DNA of 64,000 bases from Squalus acanthias. Its lineage: Eukaryota. Every line of letters starts with the position of its first letter. Positions within the stretch are counted from its first letter, which is position 1. The notes beneath the pieces were generated by a model. It was not told the origin of the DNA. It searched no databases and was given only the letters and a program-made list of their open reading frames with translations. Both the position numbers and the translations under genes were made by a program. This document shows, piece after piece, positions 38,695 to 51,153 of the stretch. The DNA is taken from positions 56,050,001 to 56,114,000 of the forward strand of contig CM059438.1 in NCBI GenBank assembly GCA_030390025.1, written 5' to 3'.

Positions 38695-41600
38695 ACATCC
38701 TGTGCCATGTGGGAAGTCCTGGACACCTCCCGTGGTCTGGATGACCACGTGTGCGGGAAGTGTCGCCAGCTACAGCAGCTCGAGCACCAGGTAACGGAGC
38801 TTGAGCGGCGGCTGCAGTCACTGCTGTGCATCCGCGAGGCTGAGAGCTACGTGGATAGCACGTTTCGGGAGGTGGTCACCCCACAGCTTAAGAGTGTGCA
38901 GGCAGAGAGGGAATGGGTAACCGCCAGACAGAAGAGGAGGACCAGGCAGGTAGTGCAGGCGTCCTCGGAGTGCATCTCGCTCTCCAACCAGTATTCTGTT
39001 CTGTGTACTGGTGACGGCGATGGTTCCTTTGGGGAATGCAGCCAGAGTCAAGTCCACGGCACCACGGGTGACTCAGCTGTACAGGGGGGGGAGGAAAAAG
39101 AGTGGAAGAGCAATAGTGATAGGGGATTCGATAGTTAGGGAAGCAGACAGGCGTTTCTGTGGCCGTAGACGTGACTCCAGGATGGTATGTTGCCTCCCTG
39201 GTGCCAGGGTCAAGGATGTCACTGAGCGGCTGCAGGACACTCTGAGGGGGGAGGGTGAACAGTCAGAGGTCATTGTCCATATCGGTACCAACGACATAGG
39301 CAGAAAGAGGGATGAGGTCCTGCAGGCAGAGTTTAGGGAGCTAGGAGAGAGATTAAAAAGCAGGATCTCAAAGGTAGTAATCTCCGGATTACTCCCGGTG
39401 CCACGTGCTAGTGAGTACAGGAATAGGAGGATAGAACAGATGAATGCGTGGCTGGAGAGATGGTGCAGGATGGAGGGCTTTAGATTTCTGAGGCTCTGGG
39501 ACCATTTCTGGGGAAGGTGGGACCTGTACAAACCGGGACCAATATTCTCGCGGGGAGGTTTGCTAGTGCTGTTGGGAAGGGTTTAAACTAGCTTGGCAGG
39601 GGGGTGGGCACCAGCATGTAGGAGTAGAAAAGAGGAATAAGGTGCATAACAGAGTGAGTGTGTTGGATAGTACTAGAGAAGGAAGTAGTACTCGAGGCGG
39701 AAGTAGTACCATATTAGATAGGAGCAGACTAAGAAAGACTACGAAAAATTCAAAAATGGGTTTAGAATGCATGTACGTAAACGCACAAAGTGTGGTGAAT
39801 AATGTTGGTGAGCTACAAGCACAATTAGCTGTGTGGCAATATGATGTTGTGGCAATAACGGAAACATGGCTTAAAAACAGTGAGGACTGGGCACTGAATA
39901 TTCAAGGGAACAAGGTGTTCAGAAAAGATAGGGAAGGAAAAAAGGGAGGTGGGGTGGCAGTGCTGATTAAGGAAGACATTGTACTGTTGGAAAGGGAGGA
40001 TGTTCTTGAGGGGACAAGAACAGAATCCATTTGGTTAGAGTTGAGGAGTGAAAAGGGTATGATCACGCTACTGGGGGTATTCTACAGGCCTCCAAATAGT
40101 GAGAGGGAGGTAGAGGAGCAAATCTGCAGGGAAATCGCAGAGATATGCAAGAGCTATAGAGTGGTGATATTGGGGGACTTTAATTAGCCAAATATCGATT
40201 GGGATAATGCTAGGGTAAAGGGAAAGGAGGGGGAGGAATTTCTGAAATGTGTTCAGGAGAATTTCCTTGACCAGTATGCTCTTGGCCCAACGAGGAAGGA
40301 GGCATTGCTGGATCTGGTGCTGGGGAATGAGGTGGGCCAGGTTGAGCAAGTGTCTGTCGGAGAACACTTGGGTACGAGTGATCATCGTATCATAAGATTT
40401 AGATTAGCAATGGAGAGGAGCAAGGAACAATCTAGAGTGGAACTTCTAAACAGGAATAGGGCTAACTTCAGTGGGATGCGAAAGGATCTAGCCAGGGTAA
40501 AATGGAACCAAAGACTGACAGGAAAAACTAACGGAACAATGGGTGATCTTTAAGGAGAAGATGTTCCAAGTACAGGCTAGGTACATTCCAACAAGAGGGA
40601 AGGGTAAGGGAACCAAAGCAAGGGCTCCTTGGATGACGAGGGAGATAGAGAAGATGATGAAACAAAAAAAGAGGGTGTATGATGAATGTCAGGTGAATTC
40701 TTCAAGGGAGAACCAGACCAAATATAATAAGATGAGAGGGGAAGTGAAGATGAAAATAAGATTGGCAAAGAGAGAATATGAGAGTAGAATGGTAGTTAAC
40801 ATAAAAGGGAACCCAAAAATCTTCTACCGGCATGTAAACAGTAAGCGGGTAGCAAGAGGCGGGGCGGGGCCTATTAGAGACAAAGAAGGTGATATATGCT
40901 TAGAGGCGTAGGACCAGGCTAGAATACTCAATGAGTACTTTGTATCGGTGTTTACTAAGGAGGTGGATGCTGACAAAATATCGGTAGAAGTGGAAAAGGT
41001 AGAAGCAATGGAAGGGGTGAAAATTGATATTGATATACTAGAAAGGCTGGGTATGCTTAGAGTGGACAAGTCACCTGGTCCAGATGGCTTGAATCCCAGG
41101 TTGCTGAGGGAATTGGGGGAGGAGATAGCGGAAGGGCTTGCCATAATTTTCCAATCTTCCCTAGATGTGGGGGAGGTGTCTGAGGATTGGAAAGTGGCAA
41201 ATGTGACACCCTTGTTCAAGAAAGGGTGTAAGGACAATCCTAGTAACTACAGGCCGGTCAGTTTAACATCAGTGGTGGGTAAAGTTTTAGAAACAATAAT
41301 CAAGGAAAAAATTAACGGGCATTTGGAGAGGTTTAAGCTAATTAAGGAGAGCCAACACAGATTTGTAAAAGGAAGATCGTGTTTGACTAATCTAATTGAA
41401 TTTTTTGATGAAGTAACAGGGAGGATTGATGAAGGGAATGCAATGGATGTTGTCTACATGGATTTTCGGAAGGCGTTTGACAAAGTACCACATAGAAGGC
41501 TGGTTAACAAAATTGAGGCTCATGGAATAGGTGGGTCAGTGGCAGCTTGGATAAGGAATTGGCTTAAGGACAGAAAACAGCGAGTTGTGGTAAATGGCTG

Positions 41601-42629
41601 TTTTTCAGACTGGAGGATGGCAGACAGTGGTGATCCCCAAGGGTCAGCGCTGGGGCCACTGCTTTTTTTGATATATATAAATGACCTGGATATTGGAATA
41701 CAGAGTAGAATTTCTAAATTTGCTGATGACACCAAATTTGGGGGTGTGGCAAGCAGTGAGGATGATACCAATCGACTGCAACAGGACATAGAAAGGCTAG
41801 CAGAATGGGCAGACAAGTGGCAGATGGAATTTAATACAGAGAAGTGTGAGTTGAAACATTTTGGCAGAAGGAACAGAGAGAGGCAATAAACACTTAATGA
41901 AACAGTTTTAAAGAGTGTGCAGGGACAGAGGGACCTGGGAGTTAATGTGCATAGGTCCCTGAAGGTGGCAGGACATATTGAGAGAGTGGTTAGCAAAGCA
42001 TATGTGATCTTGGGCTTCATAAATAGAGGGATTGAGTACAAAAGCAGAGAAGTTATGCTGAACCTTTATAAAGCGCTGGTTAGGCCACAACTGGAGTATT
42101 GCATCTAGTTCTGGTCACCACACTTTAGGAAGGATGTGAAGGCCCTTGAGAGGGTATAGAGGAGATTTACCAGAATGGTTCCGGGGATGGGAGATCTTAG
42201 CTACAAGGACAGGTTGGAGAAGCTGGATTTGTTTTCATTGGAGCAAAGGAGGTTGAGGGGTGATTTGATAGAGGTGTTCAAGATTATGACGGGTGTGGAT
42301 AGGCTAGACAGGGAAAGGCTGTTCCCACTAGTTGATGGTACAAGGACTATGGGACACAGATTTAAGGTTTTGGGCAATAGATACATGAGGGATATGAGGA
42401 AAAACTTTTTTACGCAGCGAGTGATGATGACCTGGAACTCGCTGCCGACGGAAGTGGTGTAAGCGGAGACACTCAATGTTTTCAAGGGGAGACTGGATAG
42501 GCACTTGAGGGAAATAAACTTGCAGGGCTGCGGGGATAGAGTTGGGGAATGGGACTGACTGGATTGCTCTACAGAGAGCACGGACTAGATGGGCCGAATG
42601 GCCTCCTTCTGTGCCATTATGACTCTATG
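38695..42629 (+). mobile_element. Near-full-length but inactivated CR1 LINE: ORF1 (Cys motif/coiled coil plus SGNH esterase) and ORF2 (APE endonuclease plus RT)
   Basis: ORF1: VCGKC..LEHQVTELE, VIGDSIVR, HIGTND. ORF2: AITETW, GVFYRPP, GDFN, SDH, NYRPVSLTS, DFRKAFDKV, FADDTK. Multiple stops and frameshifts; tail attatgactctatg. Confidence 0.96.
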
Positions 42630-44782
42630 ACTCCTGCTCGAGGGGCCGAATAACCTGCACCTGCTCGAGGGGCCGAATGACCTACTCCTGCTCGAGAGGC
42701 TCTGTGGCCTACTGCTGCTCGAGGGGCCGTGTGGCCTACTCCCGCACGAGGGGCCATATGGCCTACTCCTGCTCGAGGGGCCCTGCGGCCTACTCCTGCT
42801 CGAGGGGCCCTGTGGCCTACTCCTGCTCGAGGGGTCGTATGGCCTACTCCTGCTCGAGAGGCCCTGTGGCCTACTCCTGCTCGATGGGTCATATGGCCTA
42901 CTCCTGCTCGAGGGGCCGTGTGGCCTACTCCTGCTCGAAGGGCCCTGTGGCCTTTCCCTTCTCGAGGGGCCTAGTGGCCTACTCCTGCTCGAGGGGCTGA
43001 ATGGCCTACTCCTACTCGAAGGGCCCTGTGGCCTACTCCTGCTCGAGGGGCCTAGTGGCCTACTTCTGCTCGAGGGGCTGAATGGCCTACTCCTGCTCGA
43101 AGGGCCCTGTGGCCCACTCCTGCTCGAGGGACTGAATGGCCTACTCCTGCTCGAGGGGCTGAATGACCCATCTCGTGCTCGAGGGGCCGAATGGCATACT
43201 CCTGTTCGAGGGGTCTTTTGGCCCACTCCTGCTCGAGCGGCTGAATGGCCTCCTCCTGCTCGAGGGGTCGTATGGCCTACTCCTGCTCGAGGGGTCGTAT
43301 GGCCTACTCCTGCTCGAGGGGTCGTATGGCCTACTCCTGCTTGAGGGGTCGTATGGCCTACTCCTGCTCGAGGGGCTGAATGGCCTAATCCTGCTCGAGG
43401 GGCCTAGTGGCCTACTCCTGCTCGAGGGGCTGAATGGCCTACTCCTGCTCGAAGGGCCCTGTGGCTTACTCCTGCTCGAGGGGCCTAGTGGCCTACTCCT
43501 GCTCGAGGGGCTGAATGGCCTACTCCTGCTCGAAGGGCCCTGTGGCCTACTCCTGCTCGAGTGGCCTAGTGGCCTACTTCTGCTCGAGGGGCTGAATGGC
43601 CTACTCCTTTCGAAGGGCCCTGTGGCCCACTCCTGCTCGAGGGGCCAAATGGCGTATTCCTGCTCGAGGGGTCATATGGCCTACTCCTGCTCGAGGGGCT
43701 GAATGGCCTACTCCTGCTCGAGGGGCTGAATGGTCTACTCCTACTCGAGGGGCTGAATGGCCTACTCCTGCTCGAGGGACACTGTGGCCTACTCCTGCTC
43801 GAGGTGCCTTATGGCCTACTCCTGCTCGAGGGGCAGAATGGCTGACTGCTGCTTGAGTGGTCGTATGGCCTACTCCTGCTCGAGGGGTCGTATGGCCTAC
43901 TCCTGCTCGAGGGGCCCTGTGGCCTACTCCTGCTCAAGGGGCCGTGTGGCCTACTCCTGCTCAAGGGGCCGTGTGGCCTACTCCTGCTCAAGGGGCCGTG
44001 TGGCCTACTCCTGCTCAAGGGGCCATGTGGCCTACTCCTGCTCGAGGGGCCCTGTGGCCTACTCCTGCTCGAGGGGCCCTGTGGCCTACTCCTGCTCGAG
44101 GGGCCGTGTGGCCCACTCCTGCTCGAGGAGCTCTGTGGCCTACTCCTGCTCAAGGGGCCGTATGGCCTACTCTTGCTCGAGGGGTCGTATGCCCTACTCC
44201 TGCTCGAGGGGTCTTATGGCCTACTGCTGCTTGAGGGGTCGTATGCCCTACTCCTGCTCGAGGGGTCTTATGGCCTACTCCTGCTTGAGGGGTCGTATGG
44301 CCTACTCCTGCTCGAGGGGTCGTATGCCCTACTCCTGCTCGAGGGGTCTTATGGCCTACTCCTGCTTGAGGGGCCTAGAGGCCTACTTCTGCTTGAAGGG
44401 CTGAATGGCCTACTCCTTTCGAAGGGCCCTGTGGCCCACTCCTGCTCGAGGGGCCAAATGGCGTACTCCTGCTCGAGGGGTCATATGGCCTACTCCTGCT
44501 CGAGGGGCTGAATGGCCTACTCCTGCAAAGGGGCTGAATGGTCTACTCCTGCTCGAGGGGCTGAATGGCCTACTCCTGCTCGAGGGACACTGTGGCCTAC
44601 TCCTGCTCGAGGTGCCTTATGGCCTACTCCTGCTCGAGGGGCCAAATGGCCTACTCCTGCTCGAGGGGCCCTGTGGCCTACTCCTGCTCGAGGGGCCCTA
44701 TGGCCTATACCTGCTCGAGGGGCTGAATGGCCTACTCCTGCTCGAGGGGCTTAATGGCCTACACCTGCTTGAGGGGCTGAAT
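42630..44782. repeat. 27-bp CR1-3'-derived satellite, ~80 copies, right block
   Basis: Same unit as 36930-38694, with more variants (tgaatggc, tcgtatggc). Confidence 0.97.
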
Positions 44783-46050
44783 GCTTGACTAATCTACTGG
44801 AATTTTTTGAGGATGTAACTGGTAGAATAGATAAGGGAGAACCAGTGGATGTGGTGTATTTGGACTTTCAGAAGGCTTTCGATAAGGTCCCGCATAAGAG
44901 ATTAGCGTGTAAAGTTAAAGCACATGGGATTGGGGGTAAGGTACTGACTTGGATAGAGAACTGGTTGGCAGACAGGAAGCAAAGAGTTGGAATAAACGGG
45001 TCTTTTTCCGAGTGGCAGGCAGTGACTAGTGGGGTACCTCAGGGATCGGTGCTAGGACCCCAGTTATTCACAATATATATTAATGATCTAGACGAGGTAA
45101 CTAGATGTAATATCTCCAAGTTTGCAGACGACACAAAGCTGGGTGGGCGTGTGTGCTGTGAGGAGGATGCAGAGAAACTCCAGTATGATTTGGACAGGTT
45201 GGGTGATTGGGCAGATGCATGGCAAATGCAGTATAATGTGGATAAATGCGAGATTATCCACTTCGGTGGCAAAAACAGGAAGACAGATTATTATCTGAAT
45301 GGCAATAGATTGGGAAAAGGGGAAGTGCAACGAGACCTGGGTGTCTTTGTGCACCAGTCGCTGAAGGTAAGCATGCAGGTGCAGCAGGCGGTTAAGAAGG
45401 CAAATGGTATGTTGGCCTTCATAGCGAGAGGATTCGAGTACAGGAGCAAGGATGTCTTGCTGCAGTTGTACAGGGCCTTGGTGAGACCACACTTTGAGTA
45501 TTGTGGGCAGTTTTGGTCACCTTATCTGAGGAAGGATGTTCTTGCCATGGAGGGAGTGCAGCGAAGATTCACCAGACTGATACCTGGGATGGCAGGAATG
45601 ACGTATGAACAGAGATTGGGTCGATTAGGCTTATATTCGCCAGAGTTCAGAAGAATGAGAGGGGATCTCATTGAAACTTATAAAATTCTAACAGGACTAG
45701 ACAGACTAGAAGCAGGAAGGATGTTCCCGATGGCAGGGGAGTCCAGAACCAGGGGTCACAGTCTAAGGATAAGGGGTAAGCCATTTAGGACAGAGATGAG
45801 GAGGAATTTCTTCACCCAGAAAGTGGTGAACCTGTGGAATTCTCTACCACACAAGGCAGTTGAGGCCAATTCATTAAATATATTCAAGAAGGAGTTCGAT
45901 ATATTTCTTAAGGCTAAAGGGATCAAGGGATATGGGGAGAAAGCAGGGACAGGGTACTGAATTTGGATGATCAGCCATGATCTCATCGAATGGCGGAGCA
46001 GGCTCAAGGGGCCGAATGGCCTACTCCTGCTCCTAATTCTTTTGTTCTTA
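44783..46050 (+). mobile_element. 5'-truncated CR1 LINE with uninterrupted RT/C-terminal frame and 3' UTR
   Basis: ORF 44785-45960: YLDFQKAFDKV, GVPQGSVLGP, FADDTK. 3' hairpin and tail ttcttttgttctta. Confidence 0.96.
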
Positions 46051-46399
46051 TTATTCAGACTTTCACTGATTTTTCATCAGCAGTAAAACGAGCCTTGGGA
46101 TGAAAGCCCTGATTATCCTTCGCTCCACAATATCCTGCCCCAACTTTGAGATGCCACTGGGAAAAGGGTGGCAACTGTTGTCTGTGGTGTGTGATATCCT
46201 GGAGAATTATGGGATGACCATTTGGATTTAGTTAAGACTTGGACTCAGACTCCTCCCCCAACACAAAACAAGATCATCGGAATCCAATAAATAGGCATAT
46301 TGCTGGTGTATGTAGGGAGCTGGCCCACCCTAGGGTGCTGACAGATGGGCTGCACATTCCCAGTTCAACAGAGAAATGAATACTGCCGACATATAGCTT

Positions 46400-46532
46400 G
46401 CTGTGGCTCAGTGGTAACAATCTCACCTGAGTCAGAAGGTTGTGGGTTCAAGCCTCAGTCCTGCTACCTGATCACGGAATTCAGGCTGACACTGCAGTGC
46501 AGTACCGAGAGAGCCCTGCACTGTCAGAGGGG
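46400..46532 (+). mobile_element. 5' part of a Deu-SINE running into a 33-bp array
   Basis: gtggctcagtggt...gggttcaagcc...aggctgacactgcagtgcagtac, homologous to 34746-34875. Confidence 0.8.
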
Positions 46533-47007
46533 CAGTACTGAGGGAGCGCTGCACTGTCAGAGGGGCAGAACTGAGGGAGCGCTGCACTATCAGAGGGGCA
46601 GTACTGAGGGAGCGCTGCACTGTCAGAGGGGCAGAACTGAGGGAGCGCTGCACTATCAGAGGGGCAGTACTGAGGGAGCGCTGCACTATCAGAGGGGCAG
46701 TACTGAGGGAGCGCCGCACTGTCAGAGGGGCAGAACTGAGGGAGCGCTGCACTATCAGAGGGGCAGTACTGAGGGAGCGCTGCACTGTCAGAGGGGCAGA
46801 ACTGAGGGAGCGCTGCACTATCAGAGGGGCAGTACTGAGGGAGCGCTGCACTATCAGAGGGGCAGTACTAAGGGAGCGCCGCACTGTCAGAGGGGCAGAA
46901 CTGAGGGAGCGCTGCACTATCAGAGGGGCAGTACTGAGGGAGCGCTGCACTGTCAGAGGGGCAGAACTGAGGGAGCGCCACACTGTCGGTGGGGCAGTAC
47001 TGAGGGA
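46500..47007. repeat. 33-bp minisatellite (cagtactgagggagcgctgcactgtcagagggg), ~15 copies, SINE-derived
   Basis: The unit matches SINE core 34844-34876. Confidence 0.95.
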
Positions 47008-47311
47008 CCTCATTTAGTGTGGTGGGAATGACACCCAAATTATATTGATCTGGAAATGCAATTTCTTTCAATGTTCATCTTTAATTATTCCCTTGGTGCT
47101 CACTGGGCCTATCCATGAAAACAAACACTTCCCTGGCATCTAGGGGAAAATCAAGGGGTAGAAATTCCTCTCCGACAGTAGTGCCAACTGGGGGCTGTCG
47201 CATCGGCCGACTGGTATACACTTTTAAAATTTGATGTCATCAATCGCTGACTCCTGATTCCCCGACTCACTCTGCTTGGTGGCTGTTAGCGATTAAACCG
47301 ATTAGCTTCAA

Positions 47312-49549
47312 GGCTCTGGTTCCCTATGGAGCTTCCCAAAGCTCTGGTTCCCTATGGAGCTTCCCAAAGCTCTGGTTCCCTATGGAGCTTCCCAAAGCTC
47401 TGGTTCCCTATGGAGATTCCCAAAGCTCTGTTCCCTATGGATCTTCCCAAAGCTCTGTTCCCTATGGAGCTTCCCAAAGCTCTGGTTCCCAATGGAGCTT
47501 CCCAAAGCTCTGTTCCCTATGGAGCTTCCCAAAGCTCTGTTCCCTATGGAGCTTCCCAAAGCTCTTGTTCCCTATTGAGATTCCCAAAGCTCTGGTTCCC
47601 TTTGGAGCTTCCCAAAGCTCTGTTCCCTATGGAGATTCCCAAAGCTCTTGTTCCCTATTGAGATTCCCAAAGCTCTGTTCCCTATGGAGATTCCCAAAGC
47701 TCTGGTTCCCTATGGAGATTCCTAAAGCTCTGGTTCCCTATGGAGATTCCCAAAACTCTTGTTCCCTATTGAGATTCCCAAAGCTCTGTTCCCTATGGAG
47801 CTTCCCAAAGCTCTGTTCCCTATGGATCTTCCCAAAGCTCTGGTTCCCTATGGAGCTTCCCAAAGCTCTGTTGCATATGGAGCTTCCCAAAGCTCTGTTC
47901 CCTATGGATCTTCCCAAAGCTCTGGTTCCCTATGGATCTTCCCAAAGCTCTGTTCCCTATGGAGCTTCCCAAAGCTCTGTTACATATGGAGCTTCCCAAA
48001 GCTCTGTTCCCTATGGATCTTCCCAAAGCTCTGGTTCCCTATGGAGATTCCCAAAGCTCTGGTTCCCTATGGAGCTTCCCAAAGCTCTGGTTCCCTATGG
48101 AGCTTCCCAAAGCTCTGTTCCCTATGGATCTTCCCAAAGCTCTGTTCCCTATGGATCTTCCCAAAGCTCTGTTCCCTATGGAGATTCCCAAAGCTCTGGT
48201 TCCCTATGGAGCTTCCCAAAGCTCTGGTTCCCTATGGAGCTTCCCAAAGCTCTGTTCCCTATGGATCTTCCCAAAGCTCTCTTCCCTATGGATCTTCCCA
48301 AAGCTCTGTTCCCTATGGAGATTCCCAAAGCTCTGGTTCCCTATGGAGATTCCCAAAGCTCTGGTTCCCTATGGAGCTTCCCAAAGCTCTGTTCCCTAGG
48401 GAGATTCCTAAAGCTCTTGTTCCCTGTGAAGATTCCCAAAGCCCTGTTCCCTATGGAGCTTCCCAAAGCTCTGTTCCCTATGGAGCTTCCCAAAGCTCTG
48501 TTCCCTATGGAGCTTCCCAAAACTCTGTTCCTTATGGAGCTTCCCAAAGCTCTGTTCCCTATGGAGCTTCCCAAAGCTCTGGTTCCCTATGGAGATTCCC
48601 AAAGCTCTGTTCCCTATGGAGCTTCCCAAAGCTCTGTTACATATGGAGCTTCCCAAAGCTCTGGTTCCCTATGGAGATTCCCAAAGCTCTGGTTCCCTAT
48701 GGAGATTCCCAAAGCTCTGGTTCCCTATGGAGCTTCCCAAAGCTCTGTTCCCTATGGAGCTTCCCAAAGCTCTGGTTCCCTATGGAGATTCCCAAAGCTC
48801 TGGTTCCCTATGGAGCTTCCCAAAGCTCTGTTCCCTATGGAGCTTCCCAAAGCTCTGGTTCCCTATGGAGATTCCCAAAGCTCTGTTACATATGGAGATT
48901 CCCAAAGCTCTGGTTCCCTATGGAGATTCCCAAAGCTCTGGTTCCCTATGGAGCTTCCCAAAGCTCTGTTACATATGGAGCTTCCCAAAGCTCTGTTCTC
49001 TATAGATCTTCCCAAAGCTCTGGTTCCCTATGGAGATTCCCAAAGCTCTGTTCCCTATGGAGATTCCCAAAGCTCTGGTTCCCTAGGGAGATTCCTAAAG
49101 CTCTTGTTCCCTGTGAAGATTCCCAAAGCCCTGTTCCCTATGGAGCTTCCCAAAGCTCTGTTCCCTATGGAGCTTCCCAAAGCTCTGTTACATATGGATC
49201 TTCCCAAAACTCTGTTCCTTATGGAGCTTCCCAAAGCTCTGTTCCCTATGGAGCTTCCCAAAGCTCTGGTCCCCTATGGAGCTTCCCAAAGCTCTGGTTC
49301 CCTATGGAGATTCCTAAAGTTCTTGTTCCCTATGGAGATTCCCAAAGCTCTGTTCCCTATGGAGCTTCCCAAAGCTCTGGTTCCCTATGGAGATTCCTAA
49401 AGTTCTTGTTCCCTATGGAGATTCCCAAAGCTCTGGTTCCCTATGGAGCTTCCCAAAGCTCTGGTTCCCTATGGAGATTCCCAAAGCTCTGGTTCCCTAT
49501 GGAGATTCCCAAAGCTCTGGTTCCCTATGGAGTTTCCCAAAGCTCTGTT
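47312..49549. repeat. 27/28-bp satellite (gctctg(g)ttccctatggagcttcccaaa), ~80 copies
   Basis: Read directly; it ends ~60 bp from the splice donor of the host exon. Confidence 0.97.
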
Positions 49550-49610
49550 CAGTTGCTCCTGAAACTAATCATAGTGAAGCTGTAAATAATAAATAACAAG
49601 GTTCTCTTAC

Positions 49611-50377
49611 CTCACTTAATCTGCAGCACTTCTCCATGTATTTGTCCAGGCTATCACTTGATTGGCACCTTTTCAATGACTCTTGGGCTAACTGAGCTGT
49701 TTCTGCATGATTCATTGCATCATTTGAACCTGGCAGAGAATTGGTATCAGCAATGACTATTTCAACAAGTGATAGATGTCTGGGCTGTGTCACTCCACCA
49801 GCTACAACTGTAGGACTCTGACTGAAGTGGTTGCTTGACCTATTGGCCTTTTTCCAATCCGCAGAGGCTGTGGGCAGTTTCTTGGCTGTTACTGTGGCCT
49901 GTTGCTGCTCCTCAGCTTTTTGATCTTCTTTTATACACTTCTCAGAATGGGGACAGTGGCCTGGGAAAGGTGAATGTTGAATTGCAGGAGATGAGGATAT
50001 GATGCTGATAGCCATCCCTGAGTCACAGGATGATTCCCTGCGATGTACGACAAAACTCTGTTCAGACCCTGAAGGTGTAGTGGGAGAATTTGCGCCACTC
50101 GGGAGTTCACCCCCAGAATCCTCCGATTCGGATTTATACAGTTTGAGGAGTGTGCTGTGTGAGGGCCCCTTCACTCCAGCGAGCTCTGAGAACTGGCTCT
50201 GGAATCCAGACTTTGCCAGTTCAGTCTGACTACTGGTTTGCTGTCTTGGGATGTCCTCAGGATTGCCGGTCTTGTCTAGCACTGGATGTGACAGGATGCC
50301 CTCACACGGTGAACCATTATTCAGGGGGGTTACTTTGGTCAACACCACTTTGCTCTTGGACGATTCCTGCCTCACCA
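49611..50377 (-). CDS. Internal coding exon (767 nt) of a host gene; Ser-rich uncharacterised protein, possibly DUF4657/C8orf58-like
   Basis: Non-repetitive open frame. Acceptor ttttctgtttgcag|TGGTG (phase 1), donor AGTGAG|gtaaga (phase 0). Motifs LYKSESEDSGGELPSGANSPTTPSGSEQSFVVH and SDSLDKYMEKCCRLSE recall fish DUF4657-type proteins (from memory, unverified). Confidence 0.75.
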
Positions 50378-51010
50378 CTGCAAACAGAAAAGCACAATGC
50401 CACATGTGATCCAGTTCAGAGTTACTCTGGCAGCTGAAGTTACATGTTCAGCTTTTGTAGTCAGGCTAAATGCCAGCTTCCACATTCATAAACACCGGCT
50501 TGGACTAATGGGCTGAATGATCTGTTTCTGTGCTGTATATCCTATGTAGTCCTACGTGTACTCTTATGTAAGCTAAATGCCAGCTTCCACATTCAGCCTC
50601 AAGCAGCCAAGGCCTGGTCCTGAGGATTGTCACATGACCAGAATTAGGGCCAAAAGGTCATCTTAAATAATTTAAAGTTGGGGATTTATGGCAAACATCT
50701 AATTTGTGAGCTTTGAAAACGCACATGCGTGTTAAATCTGTCCTGCAAGAGACATCACCATAACATATCAGACCAGCTAATAACACTGGGAAGATCTGCA
50801 ACGTGCAAATGAAAAGAAATGTTTATCAGTATGGTTCCTCCACGGAGTCCACACAGCCCCAGTTATCCTGAGAAGCTCCTTCAGCAGCTCGGTGAATACA
50901 GCATTCACTTGGCTGAGATGCTGGCTTCACTCTCCCCTCCTCCCCACTCTCCAAGACCTTGGGAAAGCAATTCACTTGTCTGAATGTTCCAGAAGATGGT
51001 TTACAACTGG

Positions 51011-51153
51011 CAGGTCAGTCAGTATTTGTGGAGAGAGCAGATTAGCTCATGTTTCAGGTATGAAGACTCTGACAAAACTATTTTGACAAAGGGTTCATAC
51101 CTCAAGTGTGAGCTTCTCTGTTCTCCCCACATATGCTGCCTGACCTGCTGAGT
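51011..51153. mobile_element. Old, degenerate Penelope-type fold-back remnant
   Basis: caggtcagtcagtatttgtggagagagcaga ... tctctgttctccccacatatgctgcctgacctg is an imperfect inverted repeat related to the 58395 and 62081 copies. Confidence 0.55.

Noticed and set aside
36846..38744. 632-aa LLLEGPC-repeat ORF and similar ORFs at 42.6-44.8 kb
   Set aside because: A 27-bp unit keeps frames open; the unit is non-coding CR1 3' UTR.
47271..47282. 12-nt minus-strand microexon (ctaacag|CCACCAAGCAGA|gtgagt)
   Set aside because: Good donor but no polypyrimidine tract; such matches are expected by chance.
47382..49585. 672-aa and 608-aa repeat ORFs
   Set aside because: Translations of the 27/28-bp satellite.
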